Below, piece by piece: positions 42,997 through 52,873 of a stretch of DNA of 64,000 bases. A program made the position numbers and the translations under genes. The stretch comes from Parcubacteria group bacterium Gr01-1014_20 (GTDB taxonomy: Bacteria; Patescibacteriota; Minisyncoccia; UBA6257; 2-01-FULL-56-20). The notes below the pieces were generated by a model. That model was not told where the DNA came from and made no database searches. It was given only the letters and a program-made list of their open reading frames with translations. The DNA is taken from the NCBI GenBank assembly GCA_007376265.1, contig VMFW01000001.1:2455-66454 (forward strand), written 5' to 3'. How positions within the stretch are numbered: the first letter of the stretch is position 1; every line of letters starts with the position of its first letter.

Positions 42997-45900
42997 ATGT
43001 TCGTTAAAGATTTAAAAGAATTTAATTTGCCCAAAACCGAGGAAAAGGTTTTGGAGTACTGGAAGAAAAACCAAATTTTCGAAAAAACACTCGCTTTAAG
43101 GAAACCCACCTCCGCTAAAGCTTCGAAGGGCAAAAAACACTTCGTGTTTTTTGAGGGGCCACCGACGGCGAACGGCCGGCCTGGGATCCACCACGTTTTG
43201 GCGCGAGCTTTTAAGGACGTCATTTTACGGTATAAAACCATGCGGGGTTTTAACGCGCCGCGGCGGGCGGGGTGGGACACGCACGGACTGCCAGTAGAGA
43301 TTCAGGTTGAAAAAGAGCTGGGCTTGAAGTCGAAAAAAGATATTGAAAAATTTGGGATCGCGGAGTTTAACAAAAAGTGCAAGGAATCGGTCTGGAAATT
43401 TAAGGATGAGTGGGAGAGGTTAACCGAGCGGATGGGTTTTTGGTTGGATATGAAAGACCCTTATGTCACTTACGAGAAAGATTATATTGAAACTTTGTGG
43501 TGGATCATCGCGCAGTTTTGGAAGAAGAAGCTTTTATACAAAGGAAACCGAATAGTGAATTGGTGCACCCGTTGCGGAACAGGACTTTCTTCACACGAGA
43601 TGGCGCAGGGGTACAAGGAAGTGACGGATAATTCGGTTTATGTAAAGTTTAAACTGAAGAAGGGCCAGAAGGTCGGAAAAGATTTTTCGACAAACGATAA
43701 AACCTATATTTTATCTTGGACAACCACGCCCTGGACGTTGCCCGGTAACGTAGCGCTCGCAGCTGGAGAGAAGATACGTTACGTCTTTATTGAAGCCGAT
43801 GGAGAAGTTTTGGTTTTAGCTAAAGAAAGGATGGAGGCGGTGGGAGTTCAGGGAAGAATTATTAAAGAAACGATGGGCAAAGATTTGGTAGGTTTGTCGT
43901 ACCAACCGCTTTTTGAGGTGGACCCACTCAAGAGCAAAAATTCTTACAAAGTTTATGCGGCGGATTTTGTGACGACGACGGATGGAACAGGTGTGGTGCA
44001 TACGGCGGTCATGTACGGAGAGGATGACTACAAGTTGGGCGTGAAGATGGGTTTGACCCAACACCACACCGTGGACGTGGCAGGGAAATTTACAAAAGAC
44101 GTAAAAGTTCTGGCGGGTATGTACGTCAAAGATAAAAAAACTGAAGAAAAAATTCTTAATTATCTAAAAGCTAGAAGTTATCACCTGAAAACTGAACCAC
44201 ACAAACATGACTATCCGCATTGCTGGCGATGTTCGACGCCTCTGCTTTATTATGCGAGGTCGTCTTGGTTTGTGGCGATGTCGAAGCTCAAAAAAGAACT
44301 TTTAGCTAGTAACAATAAGATCAATTGGACGCCAGAGCACGTTAAAAATGGAAGGTTTGGCGAGTGGCTTCGAGAGGTTAAAGATTGGAATTTTTCGCGG
44401 GAAAGATACTGGGGGACGCCCTTGCCGATTTGGGAGTGTAGCAAATGCGGGATTACGGAAGCAATTGAGAGTTTAGCTGATTTAGATGGAAAAACCGGAG
44501 GGGCGAGAAATCGGTATTGGGTGATGAGACACGGACAATCCGAGGCGATGATGGTGGGCGTGATTGACGCTGGTAAAGGAAAGTATCGTTTGACTGACCT
44601 GGGACGAAAACAAGCGGAAAAAACCGCCAAGAGGTTGGCCAAGGAAAAAATTGATTTAGTAATTAGCTCCGATGTTTTGAGGACTAAAGAGACGGCGCAA
44701 ATTGTGGCCAGGGTTTTGGAGGTGGGGAAGCCGGTTTTAGATGAGCGTCTTCGCGAGATAAATTTGGGGGTTTTGGCCGGAAAATCTGTTCGGGAGTATT
44801 CGGAGATTTTGCCTACGCTCGATTCCAGGATTTTAGGAAAACCAGAAGGTGGGGAGTCGATAACAGATGTGAGAACCAGGATGTGGAGTTTCGTTCAGGA
44901 GATTGAGAAGAAGTATAAAGGCAAAAATATTTTGCTAGTTAGTCACGAGTACCCGATATGGATTTTAAGTCAGGTGATGAATGGCTGGACGAATCAGGAA
45001 CTCATTCTAGAAAAAACTAAAGGGGGAAAAAACTATATTGAGGCTGGTGAGGTTTGGGGGGTGGCGCATAAGGTTTTGCCGAGAGATAATACCGGTCTGG
45101 TTGATTTGCACCGACCGTATATCGACGAGATTTTCCTAAAGTGTTCGAAGTGCGAAGGAAAAATGAAGAGGGTAAAAGAATTGGCGGACGTCTGGTTTGA
45201 TTCTGGGGCGATGCCGCTAGCACAGTCTCATTTTCCATTCGACCGTGCAAAAAGTTCCAAGTCACAAATAACAAATAACAAAGAACACGTTGATTATCCG
45301 GCGGACTATATTTGCGAGGCAGTGGATCAGACGCGGGGATGGTTTTATACGCTTTTAGCGATAGCCACGGCTCTCGGTAAGAACGCGCCTTACCGAAATG
45401 TAATTTCGCTCGGACATATCAACGACAAACACGGGCAAAAAATGTCCAAATCAAAAGGAAACATTGTTGATCCGTGGATGATGGCAGAAAAATATGGCAT
45501 GGATGCCGTGCGTTGGTACATGTATGCTGCGACACCGCCGGGAGAGCCAAAAAATTTTGACGAGCAAGAGCTTCTTAAAACCTACAGGCGGATGCATTTA
45601 ATTTTGTGGAACTCCCTTCTTTTCTATAAAACATACGCCGTTTCTGGGTCCAGTCGTAAGTTGGGGTTGCGGCCGAAGTCTAAGAATTTGCTTGATTTAT
45701 GGATGCTCTCTCGGCTTGATGAGGCGATAGTCAGAGCGACTAAAGCGATGGATCGATATGATATTCGGGGGGCTGCGCTCGAGATTGAAAAACTGGTGGA
45801 CGATCTTTCTAGATGGTACATTCGTCGCTCGCGACGAAGGTTGCAACGACCGGAGAGTAAAGCCGATTTTGAAGCTTGTGCGTCTACGCTTCAGCATGTC

Positions 45901-46563
45901 CTAGCCTCGATTTCTAAAATGATGGCGCCGTTTAATCCTTTCTTTTCGGAGGTTGTTTGGAATACTTTGGGAGGCGCGAGCTCTATTCACCTTGAAGATT
46001 GGCCGACAAGAAACATTAAGAGCCAAGCGCCAGGCAATAAGTTGGTGGAAGAGATGGGAGTGATACGCGGCTTAGCAACCCTGGGTTTGGCGAAAAGAGC
46101 CGAGGTGGGGGTGAAGGTGAGACAGCCCCTCTCGGTGATGAAAATAAAGCCCAAGGTTACCAACAAGCAGTCGCTTCAGATTTTGGCTGATGAGGTCAAT
46201 GTTAAAAAGACTATCGTTGATGCGAAGATAAAAGGTGAGATCGAACTCGATACAAGGATAACTGCGGAGTTGAAAGAAGAGGGGATTTTAAGGGAGCTCG
46301 TACGGGCGATTCAGGATTTGCGTCAGAGAGCGGGGCTGGAGCCTGGCGACGCGATTGTTGTGATGTTGGAGTTGCCGGATAACTTGCGAGAGATAGTTTT
46401 GTCCGCCGGAGGCCGATCCTCCTCGGGAGGAAAAAATGAAGCCTTTTTGAAGAATGAAACTGGAGCTAAAAGTATTGAATACAAAAGATCAGAAAAGTTT
46501 GAAGCGGAAGCGATCACGAAGTTTGAAGATTCAGAGGTTTGGTTGGCAGTTAGGAAGATATAA
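42997..46563 (+). CDS. ileS: Isoleucyl-tRNA synthetase carrying an inserted histidine-phosphatase-like domain
   Basis: HIGH motif PPTANGRPGIHHV, CP1 editing motifs (TTPWTLPGN, GTGVVHTA), KMSKS. About 190 aa (RYWVMRHGQSE ... LLVSHEYPIW) lie between PLPIWECSKCG and DLHRPYID. Confidence 0.95.
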   Translation: MFVKDLKEFNLPKTEEKVLEYWKKNQIFEKTLALRKPTSAKASKGKKHFVFFEGPPTANGRPGIHHVLARAFKDVILRYKTMRGFNAPRRAGWDTHGLPVEIQVEKELGLKSKKDIEKFGIAEFNKKCKESVWKFKDEWERLTERMGFWLDMKDPYVTYEKDYIETLWWIIAQFWKKKLLYKGNRIVNWCTRCGTGLSSHEMAQGYKEVTDNSVYVKFKLKKGQKVGKDFSTNDKTYILSWTTTPWTLPGNVALAAGEKIRYVFIEADGEVLVLAKERMEAVGVQGRIIKETMGKDLVGLSYQPLFEVDPLKSKNSYKVYAADFVTTTDGTGVVHTAVMYGEDDYKLGVKMGLTQHHTVDVAGKFTKDVKVLAGMYVKDKKTEEKILNYLKARSYHLKTEPHKHDYPHCWRCSTPLLYYARSSWFVAMSKLKKELLASNNKINWTPEHVKNGRFGEWLREVKDWNFSRERYWGTPLPIWECSKCGITEAIESLADLDGKTGGARNRYWVMRHGQSEAMMVGVIDAGKGKYRLTDLGRKQAEKTAKRLAKEKIDLVISSDVLRTKETAQIVARVLEVGKPVLDERLREINLGVLAGKSVREYSEILPTLDSRILGKPEGGESITDVRTRMWSFVQEIEKKYKGKNILLVSHEYPIWILSQVMNGWTNQELILEKTKGGKNYIEAGEVWGVAHKVLPRDNTGLVDLHRPYIDEIFLKCSKCEGKMKRVKELADVWFDSGAMPLAQSHFPFDRAKSSKSQITNNKEHVDYPADYICEAVDQTRGWFYTLLAIATALGKNAPYRNVISLGHINDKHGQKMSKSKGNIVDPWMMAEKYGMDAVRWYMYAATPPGEPKNFDEQELLKTYRRMHLILWNSLLFYKTYAVSGSSRKLGLRPKSKNLLDLWMLSRLDEAIVRATKAMDRYDIRGAALEIEKLVDDLSRWYIRRSRRRLQRPESKADFEACASTLQHVLASISKMMAPFNPFFSEVVWNTLGGASSIHLEDWPTRNIKSQAPGNKLVEEMGVIRGLATLGLAKRAEVGVKVRQPLSVMKIKPKVTNKQSLQILADEVNVKKTIVDAKIKGEIELDTRITAELKEEGILRELVRAIQDLRQRAGLEPGDAIVVMLELPDNLREIVLSAGGRSSSGGKNEAFLKNETGAKSIEYKRSEKFEAEAITKFEDSEVWLAVRKI

Positions 46564-46564
46564 A

Positions 46565-46600
46565 AAGCGCTCCGGTAGTTATCGGAGCGCTTGGGTTTTT
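46565..46600. terminator. Bidirectional terminator
   Basis: aagcgctccg gtagttat cggagcgctt 10-bp stem followed by a T run. Confidence 0.7.
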
Positions 46601-47023
46601 CTACTCGGCTAGTTCCGGGTAGTTGTCGATGACAAGACTGGGGCAATCAACAAAGTCCTTGTCTTCGTCGAAGAACGGCTGGCCGCCGAAGCAGACCATT
46701 TCCATTTCGGTCAGAGGATATAGGGTGTGAGCCTCGAGTCGATTGAAGCAGACGACCGAGTTTGGTTCGAACGGCACTTTTTGGGGAGGCGAAGTTATAT
46801 TCCCCTTGGGATCAACTTCGGCTACAAGAAAATACCCACTTCCGGAGAGGATGAGGAAATGTTCGCTTTTGAAGCGGTGAGCGTGTTTTCCAAGTGGAGC
46901 TTTCGTCTGGCGGATTTCGAATCTTTGATAAACAAAGCCGCCTGGAATTGAGTTCAATTCACGAATCGTGCGTCTCTCGTCGCTCATTCGGGGATCGGTG
47001 ACTGAGACTTGTCCTGTTATCAA
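46601..47023 (-). CDS. Cupin-fold protein
   Basis: Two-His cupin-like motifs (GKHAHRF ... EAHTLY). Confidence 0.45.
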   Translation of the reverse strand: MITGQVSVTDPRMSDERRTIRELNSIPGGFVYQRFEIRQTKAPLGKHAHRFKSEHFLILSGSGYFLVAEVDPKGNITSPPQKVPFEPNSVVCFNRLEAHTLYPLTEMEMVCFGGQPFFDEDKDFVDCPSLVIDNYPELAE

Positions 47024-47095
47024 GTTACCTCCTTTGGGTGGTGGTTTTTTATTAAAGAACTCAGATAAGTCAATTTAGAGCTTACAGATTGATTT

Positions 47096-47129
47096 GTCAA
47101 AGAAAAAGCGGCTCGTTTGACGAGCCGCT
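47096..47129. terminator. Bidirectional terminator
   Basis: aagcggctcg tttga cgagccgctt followed by ggggttttt. Confidence 0.65.
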
Positions 47130-47137
47130 TGGGGTTT

Positions 47138-47923
47138 TTACGGATGTTTTACAACCGAGTAGTGTTGCATATATTCGTCATAGGAGGTATAGCTTTCGTC
47201 CATGCGGGTGGCTTTGACATCGGGGATCAGCGGGAATCGATCGGTTTCCGGGAAGCCAAACCTTCTGAAGAAATCTCGGAGAATTCGATCCTGACTCCAT
47301 CCGGTTTCTAGACGCTTAGCAACAATCTCATCAAGCGAAGTTATGACGCTGATTGACTCGCTTGAGAGGTTGCCAAACTTCTCTTGAATCCTGACGAGCT
47401 TAGCCCAAACGTCGTCGTCCAATCCGGCCATCCAGACGGAGGCAAAACCTTGAACGTCGCCGGTTTTGTTTTCCGGGTCGGCTCGATCAAAAACGATTCT
47501 TGGGACAAACTCGATGTAATCACCGAGATGAAAGAGTGAGTCGATAATAGCCCTCTTGACGGCTTCGAGATCATCCAGATCTCCCTCGCTTGGATCAACA
47601 TTCTTCCGGTCGACAGTTCGAGTTGAGACTGCGTGGCCAAAGATTTGGGCGAGCTCGGCGTCGTCAACTGGGCCGAGCGGTCTTTTGACCGAGAGCTCTT
47701 CCTTGATTTCCCGAATGAGCGTGCCCTTGGGACTTCCGTCGTTAGCGGCAGCGGTTCCGAGCCAATTGCCTCCCATGCAGAGAAGCTTGAGTGCGAAAGC
47801 CTTCTTAGGATAAGTGGCGTCTTTCATATCGAGGAAGACGTCTCTCGGATTGCTTTTCCGATAGGTGATGCAAACCGCCGAAAGGGTTTGAACCTCCGGA
47901 CGGCCGTCGGCTGCGGTGATCAA
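47138..47923 (-). CDS. Nudix-like protein with a degenerate Nudix box; paralog of ORF 48823-49623
   Basis: GGNWLGTAAANDGSPKGTLIREIKEEL is a Nudix box with E replaced by D and a 1-aa insertion. Clear paralogy with ORF 48823 (ITSLDEIV, VFL-E-KD motifs). Confidence 0.5.
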   Translation of the reverse strand: MITAADGRPEVQTLSAVCITYRKSNPRDVFLDMKDATYPKKAFALKLLCMGGNWLGTAAANDGSPKGTLIREIKEELSVKRPLGPVDDAELAQIFGHAVSTRTVDRKNVDPSEGDLDDLEAVKRAIIDSLFHLGDYIEFVPRIVFDRADPENKTGDVQGFASVWMAGLDDDVWAKLVRIQEKFGNLSSESISVITSLDEIVAKRLETGWSQDRILRDFFRRFGFPETDRFPLIPDVKATRMDESYTSYDEYMQHYSVVKHP

Positions 47924-47947
47924 TCATGACCTCCTTTTTGAAGCGGG

Positions 47948-48775
47948 TTAGTCGTTCAGGATTGAGAGTAGTTGGTTGTGGATTTTGCCGTTGGTGGCCA
48001 AGGTGCGATTGGCGTAGCACTTCCAGTCGTTACCCCGAAAGTCTGTTACGCGACCCCCGGCTTTTTTCAGAATAAGTCCGGAGGCGGCGGTGTCGAAGGG
48101 ATCAGGTTGGCCGATAATGCCATCGATTTCACCGCTAACCATTTTCATGAAGTAGGCGGTTGAGGAGGTTGGGATTTGACCATGAATGCCGATTCGCCGC
48201 ATTTTTTCCATGATTTGCCAGAAAGGATTTTCGGGTGGGTTGGCGAGTCCAGGTTTTCCATAGTCGAAGGCGACGTTGCAGCGCGTGAGTTCAGTTTTTA
48301 CGCTGACTTTTGGGTGGACGATTTTGTCAGAACCATCCTCGGTCATTTCGGTGGGAGTGTCTATAGTAGCGCTGAAGAGTTGTCTTGCGATGGGTAGGTA
48401 GACTACTCCAGCCACAGAGACACCGTTTTCGATCAGGGCGATCGAAACGCCCCACTCTGGGTTACCTTTGTAATAGCTGATTGTGCCGTCTAGGGGATCG
48501 ATGACCCAGCGCAGCCCTTCCTGACTAAACTCGCCACCAGCCTCTTCGGAGTAGGCAGGAATTTCTGGGAATGCTTCACCAAGAATCTCGAGAATTTTGC
48601 TTTCTGATTTAAGGTCTTGCTGGGTGACGAAGTCTTTGTAGTTTTGGTCGATGGATTCAGCCTCGAGTTGCTCGTCGCGAAGCATTTTGCCAGCGGCGAG
48701 AGCGGCCTCTTTCATTGGGGAGATGTAGTCGTTTTTCACCTGTTTTTTGTCTCCTTTGGGTTTTTTCGATTTCAA
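47948..48775 (-). CDS. Inositol monophosphatase/CysQ/SuhB-family phosphatase
   Basis: WVIDPLDGT motif. Confidence 0.8.
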   Translation of the reverse strand: MKSKKPKGDKKQVKNDYISPMKEAALAAGKMLRDEQLEAESIDQNYKDFVTQQDLKSESKILEILGEAFPEIPAYSEEAGGEFSQEGLRWVIDPLDGTISYYKGNPEWGVSIALIENGVSVAGVVYLPIARQLFSATIDTPTEMTEDGSDKIVHPKVSVKTELTRCNVAFDYGKPGLANPPENPFWQIMEKMRRIGIHGQIPTSSTAYFMKMVSGEIDGIIGQPDPFDTAASGLILKKAGGRVTDFRGNDWKCYANRTLATNGKIHNQLLSILND

Positions 48776-48822
48776 TAAACTGGTCCAATATTGCGTTATC
48801 GTAAGATTTTTGTCAAGAAAAC

Positions 48823-49623
48823 TTAGCGAGGGGTCAACGGATTTTTTTGTACGTCGTATTTTTCCAAGTACTTTTGGTAGGAAGCCAATGGCGCTCCCAA
48901 AAACTTACTAGTAACACCTTGGTCGAGCTTAATACTCTTGGCTTTGTTTAGGCGGTGGCTTAAGAAAAATTTTTGGATAGCTCGGTCATGACCGAAGACG
49001 AATTTCGCCCCTTTCTTTACGATTTCATCTAGTGAGGTTATGAGAGTCCTTGATTCGTTCGAAAGGTTTTCGAATTTAGCTTGAAGGGTTACTAGAATTT
49101 GCCAGTCTTTTTCGTTGAGAGCGATAGACCAAGAAGAGCATAGAACGACAAAGTTCGTCTTTTTGTCTCGTTTGTTTCCCGTGAGTAGTGTTTTCGGGAG
49201 GGTGTGCATAAAGTCACCCAACGCCTTGGGCGATTTCGTTAAAACTTTCTTGAGTTCACGCAGGAGTCTTAAATCCTTTTCGCTGGGGGCAACTTTTTTT
49301 CTTGGCGTGACGTAAGATTTTTTATCTTTTGTAATATTGAGAAGTTTGAGTTCGAGGGTAGTTGCATTTTTTTTGATGAGAGATATTTCTTCTTCTATTT
49401 CTCGTTTTAAGGTTTGGGGAGTACCTAGGTCTTTCTTTGCGGCTACGCCGATCCAGTTTCCTCCTATGAGGCATAGCCGATTTCGAAAAAGTTTTACCGG
49501 GTGAGTTACGTCTTTTTCCTCGAGAAAAACTTCGGCTGGATTTGACTCACGATAAATAATGCCAACACTTGCGATGTTGTTAACTTTCGGTTTTGCGCTG
49601 GCGTTGTCGTTTCTCTCCAGCAT
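48823..49623 (-). CDS. Nudix-like protein (Lys-rich, AT-rich paralog of 47138-47923)
   Basis: GGNWIGVAAKKDLGTPQTLKREIEEEI. Confidence 0.5.
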   Translation of the reverse strand: MLERNDNASAKPKVNNIASVGIIYRESNPAEVFLEEKDVTHPVKLFRNRLCLIGGNWIGVAAKKDLGTPQTLKREIEEEISLIKKNATTLELKLLNITKDKKSYVTPRKKVAPSEKDLRLLRELKKVLTKSPKALGDFMHTLPKTLLTGNKRDKKTNFVVLCSSWSIALNEKDWQILVTLQAKFENLSNESRTLITSLDEIVKKGAKFVFGHDRAIQKFFLSHRLNKAKSIKLDQGVTSKFLGAPLASYQKYLEKYDVQKNPLTPR

Positions 49624-50747
49624 TAAAGAGTGAGACCAGTTCTTTTCTTAACCTCAAGTATCTTTTTGTCGGCAATTTTACCGGCTTTTTTGGATCCTTG
49701 AGTGAGGGTGGTCGAAAGAGTGCTCGGCTTTGCGAGCAAGGATTTTTTATTTTTGCGATAGTCAGCGAAGTAGGTTATGGCAAGTTTGGCGAGGGAAGAT
49801 TTGAGTTCAGAGTAGGTTTTTCCAGAGAATTCTTTTTCGAGTTTCTCGGTGTTTTTGTCGCTGAGGCTCGAGTAAATCTTTAAAAGATTCGAGATGGCTG
49901 GTTTGGTTTCGGGATTGAACTTAACTTCGTTGCCGGAGTCGGTTACCGCGCGTTTGATTTTGGATTCTATCACCTCGGGGGAGTCATCTAAGAAAAGGCA
50001 GGTTTCGGGTTTGGACTTAGACATTTTTTTAGAAGGGTCGCCCAGACTCATGACTCTCGGGATTTCGGTGTGAAGGCCTTGGGGTTCGGTGAAAACTTTC
50101 CCGAACTTGGAATTGAATTTTCGAACCAGGGCGCGGGTGAGCTCTAGGTGCTGGTCTTGATCGTCGCCTGTGGGGACAAACTTCGCGTCGTATAAAATGA
50201 TGTCGGCGGCCATCAAAATTGGATAAGTGAAGAGGCCTGCATTTGTATTTTCCCGCGCCTCTTTGGCCTTATCAAAATATTCTATAGACTCGTTGAGTTT
50301 TTTTATGAAATCGTCTGTTTTAACTGGGGTACCCGGTTTAAAGTCTAGTCGAGCGTTTTCTAGTATTTTTCGTGCTTCAGCATAGTTTTTTGACATGCCT
50401 GCTTTATCTTTAAATTGCGTCATCCTTTCAAGTTCACCCATTGGGGTAATGGTGTTTAAAATAAAAGCTAGTTCAGAGTGGGCAGGGATTTGGGACTGCT
50501 GGAAGATGACGGATTTTTTGGGATCCAAACCGGCGGCGAGATAGTCGGCGGTGAGTTCCAAAATCTGCTTGGCTTTTTCTTCGGGATTGAACTCTTCGGT
50601 TAAGGAGTGAAGATCGGCGATGAAAAAGTAGCACTCATACTTGTCGGAGTTTTGGAGGTCAACGAAATTTTTCAGGGCGCCGAGGTAATTTCCAAGATGG
50701 AGGCGACCCGAAGGTTGGATGCCAGATAGTAAGCGAGGCCTCGACAT
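49623..50747 (-). CDS. trpS: Tryptophanyl-tRNA synthetase
   Basis: GIQPSGRLHLGNYLG HIGH-like motif and KMSKS. Confidence 0.9.
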   Translation of the reverse strand: MSRPRLLSGIQPSGRLHLGNYLGALKNFVDLQNSDKYECYFFIADLHSLTEEFNPEEKAKQILELTADYLAAGLDPKKSVIFQQSQIPAHSELAFILNTITPMGELERMTQFKDKAGMSKNYAEARKILENARLDFKPGTPVKTDDFIKKLNESIEYFDKAKEARENTNAGLFTYPILMAADIILYDAKFVPTGDDQDQHLELTRALVRKFNSKFGKVFTEPQGLHTEIPRVMSLGDPSKKMSKSKPETCLFLDDSPEVIESKIKRAVTDSGNEVKFNPETKPAISNLLKIYSSLSDKNTEKLEKEFSGKTYSELKSSLAKLAITYFADYRKNKKSLLAKPSTLSTTLTQGSKKAGKIADKKILEVKKRTGLTL

Positions 50748-50764
50748 AAATTTAATTAAAAACT

Positions 50765-52495
50765 TTAAACTTCGATGATGACGGGCAAGATCATGGGCCG
50801 ACGTTTAGTTTTAGTATACAAAAGTTGGCCGACTTGGTCGCGGATCAGAGTTTTCAAATAATCGGCTTCGAGGGGCTGATAGTTTGGGAGGCGGGCGACA
50901 AGGTTTCTGATTTTTTTTCTTATTTCTTCTAGAATGTCCTGGTTCTCCTTGATGTAGATAAAACCGCGCGAGATAATGTCTGGACTTTTTAGGAGCTTGT
51001 TGTGTTTGCGATCGATGGTAGCAATGATCACGACCATCCCCTCCTGAGAGAGGGCCCGCCGATCTCGGAGAACTACCTCTTCGACATCTCCCACTCCAAG
51101 ACCGTCAACCATGACGTAAGAAGCAGGAACGGTTTCACGAGTGATAGAGAAGCTGTCTTTGGTGATCTCGGACACCTGGCCGTTATCGAGGAGGAAGATA
51201 TTTTTTCGGGGGATGCCGATTTCCACTCCGGATTGGGCGTTAATTGAGCGTTTGTAAAAGTAGCCGTGAATGGGCACCAAGAATTTGGGATTTAAAAGTT
51301 TCATGGCAAGTTTTAAATCTTCCTTCGGGGCGTGACCAGAGGCGTGGATGTCGATGATATCAGAGGTGTAAATGATTGCGCCCTGACGAGCGAGATTATC
51401 TTTTAGGCCTTGAACGCTGCGTTCGTTGCCGGGAATTACCGAGGCTGAAAACATGACGGTGTCGCCGGGTTTGATTTGAATGTGGCGGTGCTCGCCGTTG
51501 ATTATTTTCATAAGCGAGGCGTTTGATTCACCCTGCGCGCCAGTTGAGAGGATTAAAATCTTGTTGTCTTTGTATTTATGAATCTCCTCGACGGGAATGA
51601 TTGTGTCTGGGTCGGATTTAATGAAGCCGAGGCGTTTAGCGATCTCAATATTGGCTTTCATGGAGTATCCAGAGAGGGCGACTTTGCGGCCGAGTTTTTC
51701 AGAGATTTTAATGACCTCGGCGATGCGAGTAAGAACCGAAGCGAACATGGCAACGATGATCCGACCCTCGGCTCCCTTGATCAACTCCTCCAGGTTTTTT
51801 TCGACAGTGCGTTCGGACTCGGAGCGACCAGGGCGGTCGGCATTGGTACTTTCTATCGTGAAGACGTGGACACCTTGTTTGCCGATTCTTTCAAGATCTT
51901 GGGTTTCGGTCGGATTGCCCTTGGCGTCGTATTCAATTTTGAAGTCGCCGAGGTTAACAACGTTTCCCACTGGAGTTCGAAGATTGACGGCGGTTGACTC
52001 TGGGATGGTGTGGATGATACCGAAAAATTCTGCCTCGAAATGATTGGAAAGTTTTACAACGTCGCCGTTTTTGACGACGATGATGTTTAGTTTATCTCGA
52101 TTCGGGAAGTCCTCTTGTCTTTTTTCTATGAGAGCTTTAGTAAGCGAGGTGCAGTAGATTGGTGGGTTGCCGATTTTTCCCATGATGTAGGGAATGGCGC
52201 CGATGTGATCGTAGTGGCCGTGGGTGATAATGAGGGCGTGGACGTTAGCTTTTTTGGATTCTAAGTAAGAGACGTTTGGAATAATAAAATCGATACCGGG
52301 AGTTTCTTCTTCCGGGAACTGCAAACCAGCATCGATAGCGACGATTTCATTTTTATATTCGAAGAACATCATGTTCCGACCGATTTCTTCGAGGCCCCCA
52401 AGCGGAACAAAGCGAAGGTGGGGTTCGCTCTTGTTGGTAGATTTTTGATCAACCGGGGGTTTAATTCTCGGTCGAGGATAAGTTTTTCTGATCAT
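50765..52495 (-). CDS. rnj: Ribonuclease J
   Basis: ALIITHGHYDHIGAIPYI MBL motif, with beta-CASP and a C-terminal domain. Confidence 0.9.
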   Translation of the reverse strand: MIRKTYPRPRIKPPVDQKSTNKSEPHLRFVPLGGLEEIGRNMMFFEYKNEIVAIDAGLQFPEEETPGIDFIIPNVSYLESKKANVHALIITHGHYDHIGAIPYIMGKIGNPPIYCTSLTKALIEKRQEDFPNRDKLNIIVVKNGDVVKLSNHFEAEFFGIIHTIPESTAVNLRTPVGNVVNLGDFKIEYDAKGNPTETQDLERIGKQGVHVFTIESTNADRPGRSESERTVEKNLEELIKGAEGRIIVAMFASVLTRIAEVIKISEKLGRKVALSGYSMKANIEIAKRLGFIKSDPDTIIPVEEIHKYKDNKILILSTGAQGESNASLMKIINGEHRHIQIKPGDTVMFSASVIPGNERSVQGLKDNLARQGAIIYTSDIIDIHASGHAPKEDLKLAMKLLNPKFLVPIHGYFYKRSINAQSGVEIGIPRKNIFLLDNGQVSEITKDSFSITRETVPASYVMVDGLGVGDVEEVVLRDRRALSQEGMVVIIATIDRKHNKLLKSPDIISRGFIYIKENQDILEEIRKKIRNLVARLPNYQPLEADYLKTLIRDQVGQLLYTKTKRRPMILPVIIEV

Positions 52496-52576
52496 GTTTT
52501 GCTTTGTTGTCGCCCCGTCTGGGGCGGAGCATAAGAAAATCTAGAATTCGTTTTGCTAATTAAGATTTTCTATTTG

Positions 52577-52658
52577 TGCCGAGGGTGGGACTTGAACCCA
52601 CAAGCCTTGCGGCATACGGCCCTGAACCGTACGTGTCTGCCAATTTCACCACCTCGGC
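52577..52658 (-). tRNA. tRNA-Leu(CAG)
   Basis: Hand fold: acceptor gccgagg/cctcggc, anticodon loop ttCAGgg, long variable arm, T-loop ttcaagt. Confidence 0.85.
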
Positions 52659-52873
52659 AAAAGGGGGATTTTGTAGAATGTTTGTTTTATGAAGTTTTTC
52701 TCAAGTTCGAGTTACTTAAATTTTGACTAAGTGAGTAGTTGTGGCTAGGGTGATTTCGAGGGTTTGAATCAAAGAAGGGATAATTGAAGGTATTTTGATT
52801 CTAATTTCTGGTTTTGAATAAGTCAAATAAAGAATTCCCCCAGTCACACATTGCTGTATGACTGGGGGATGGA

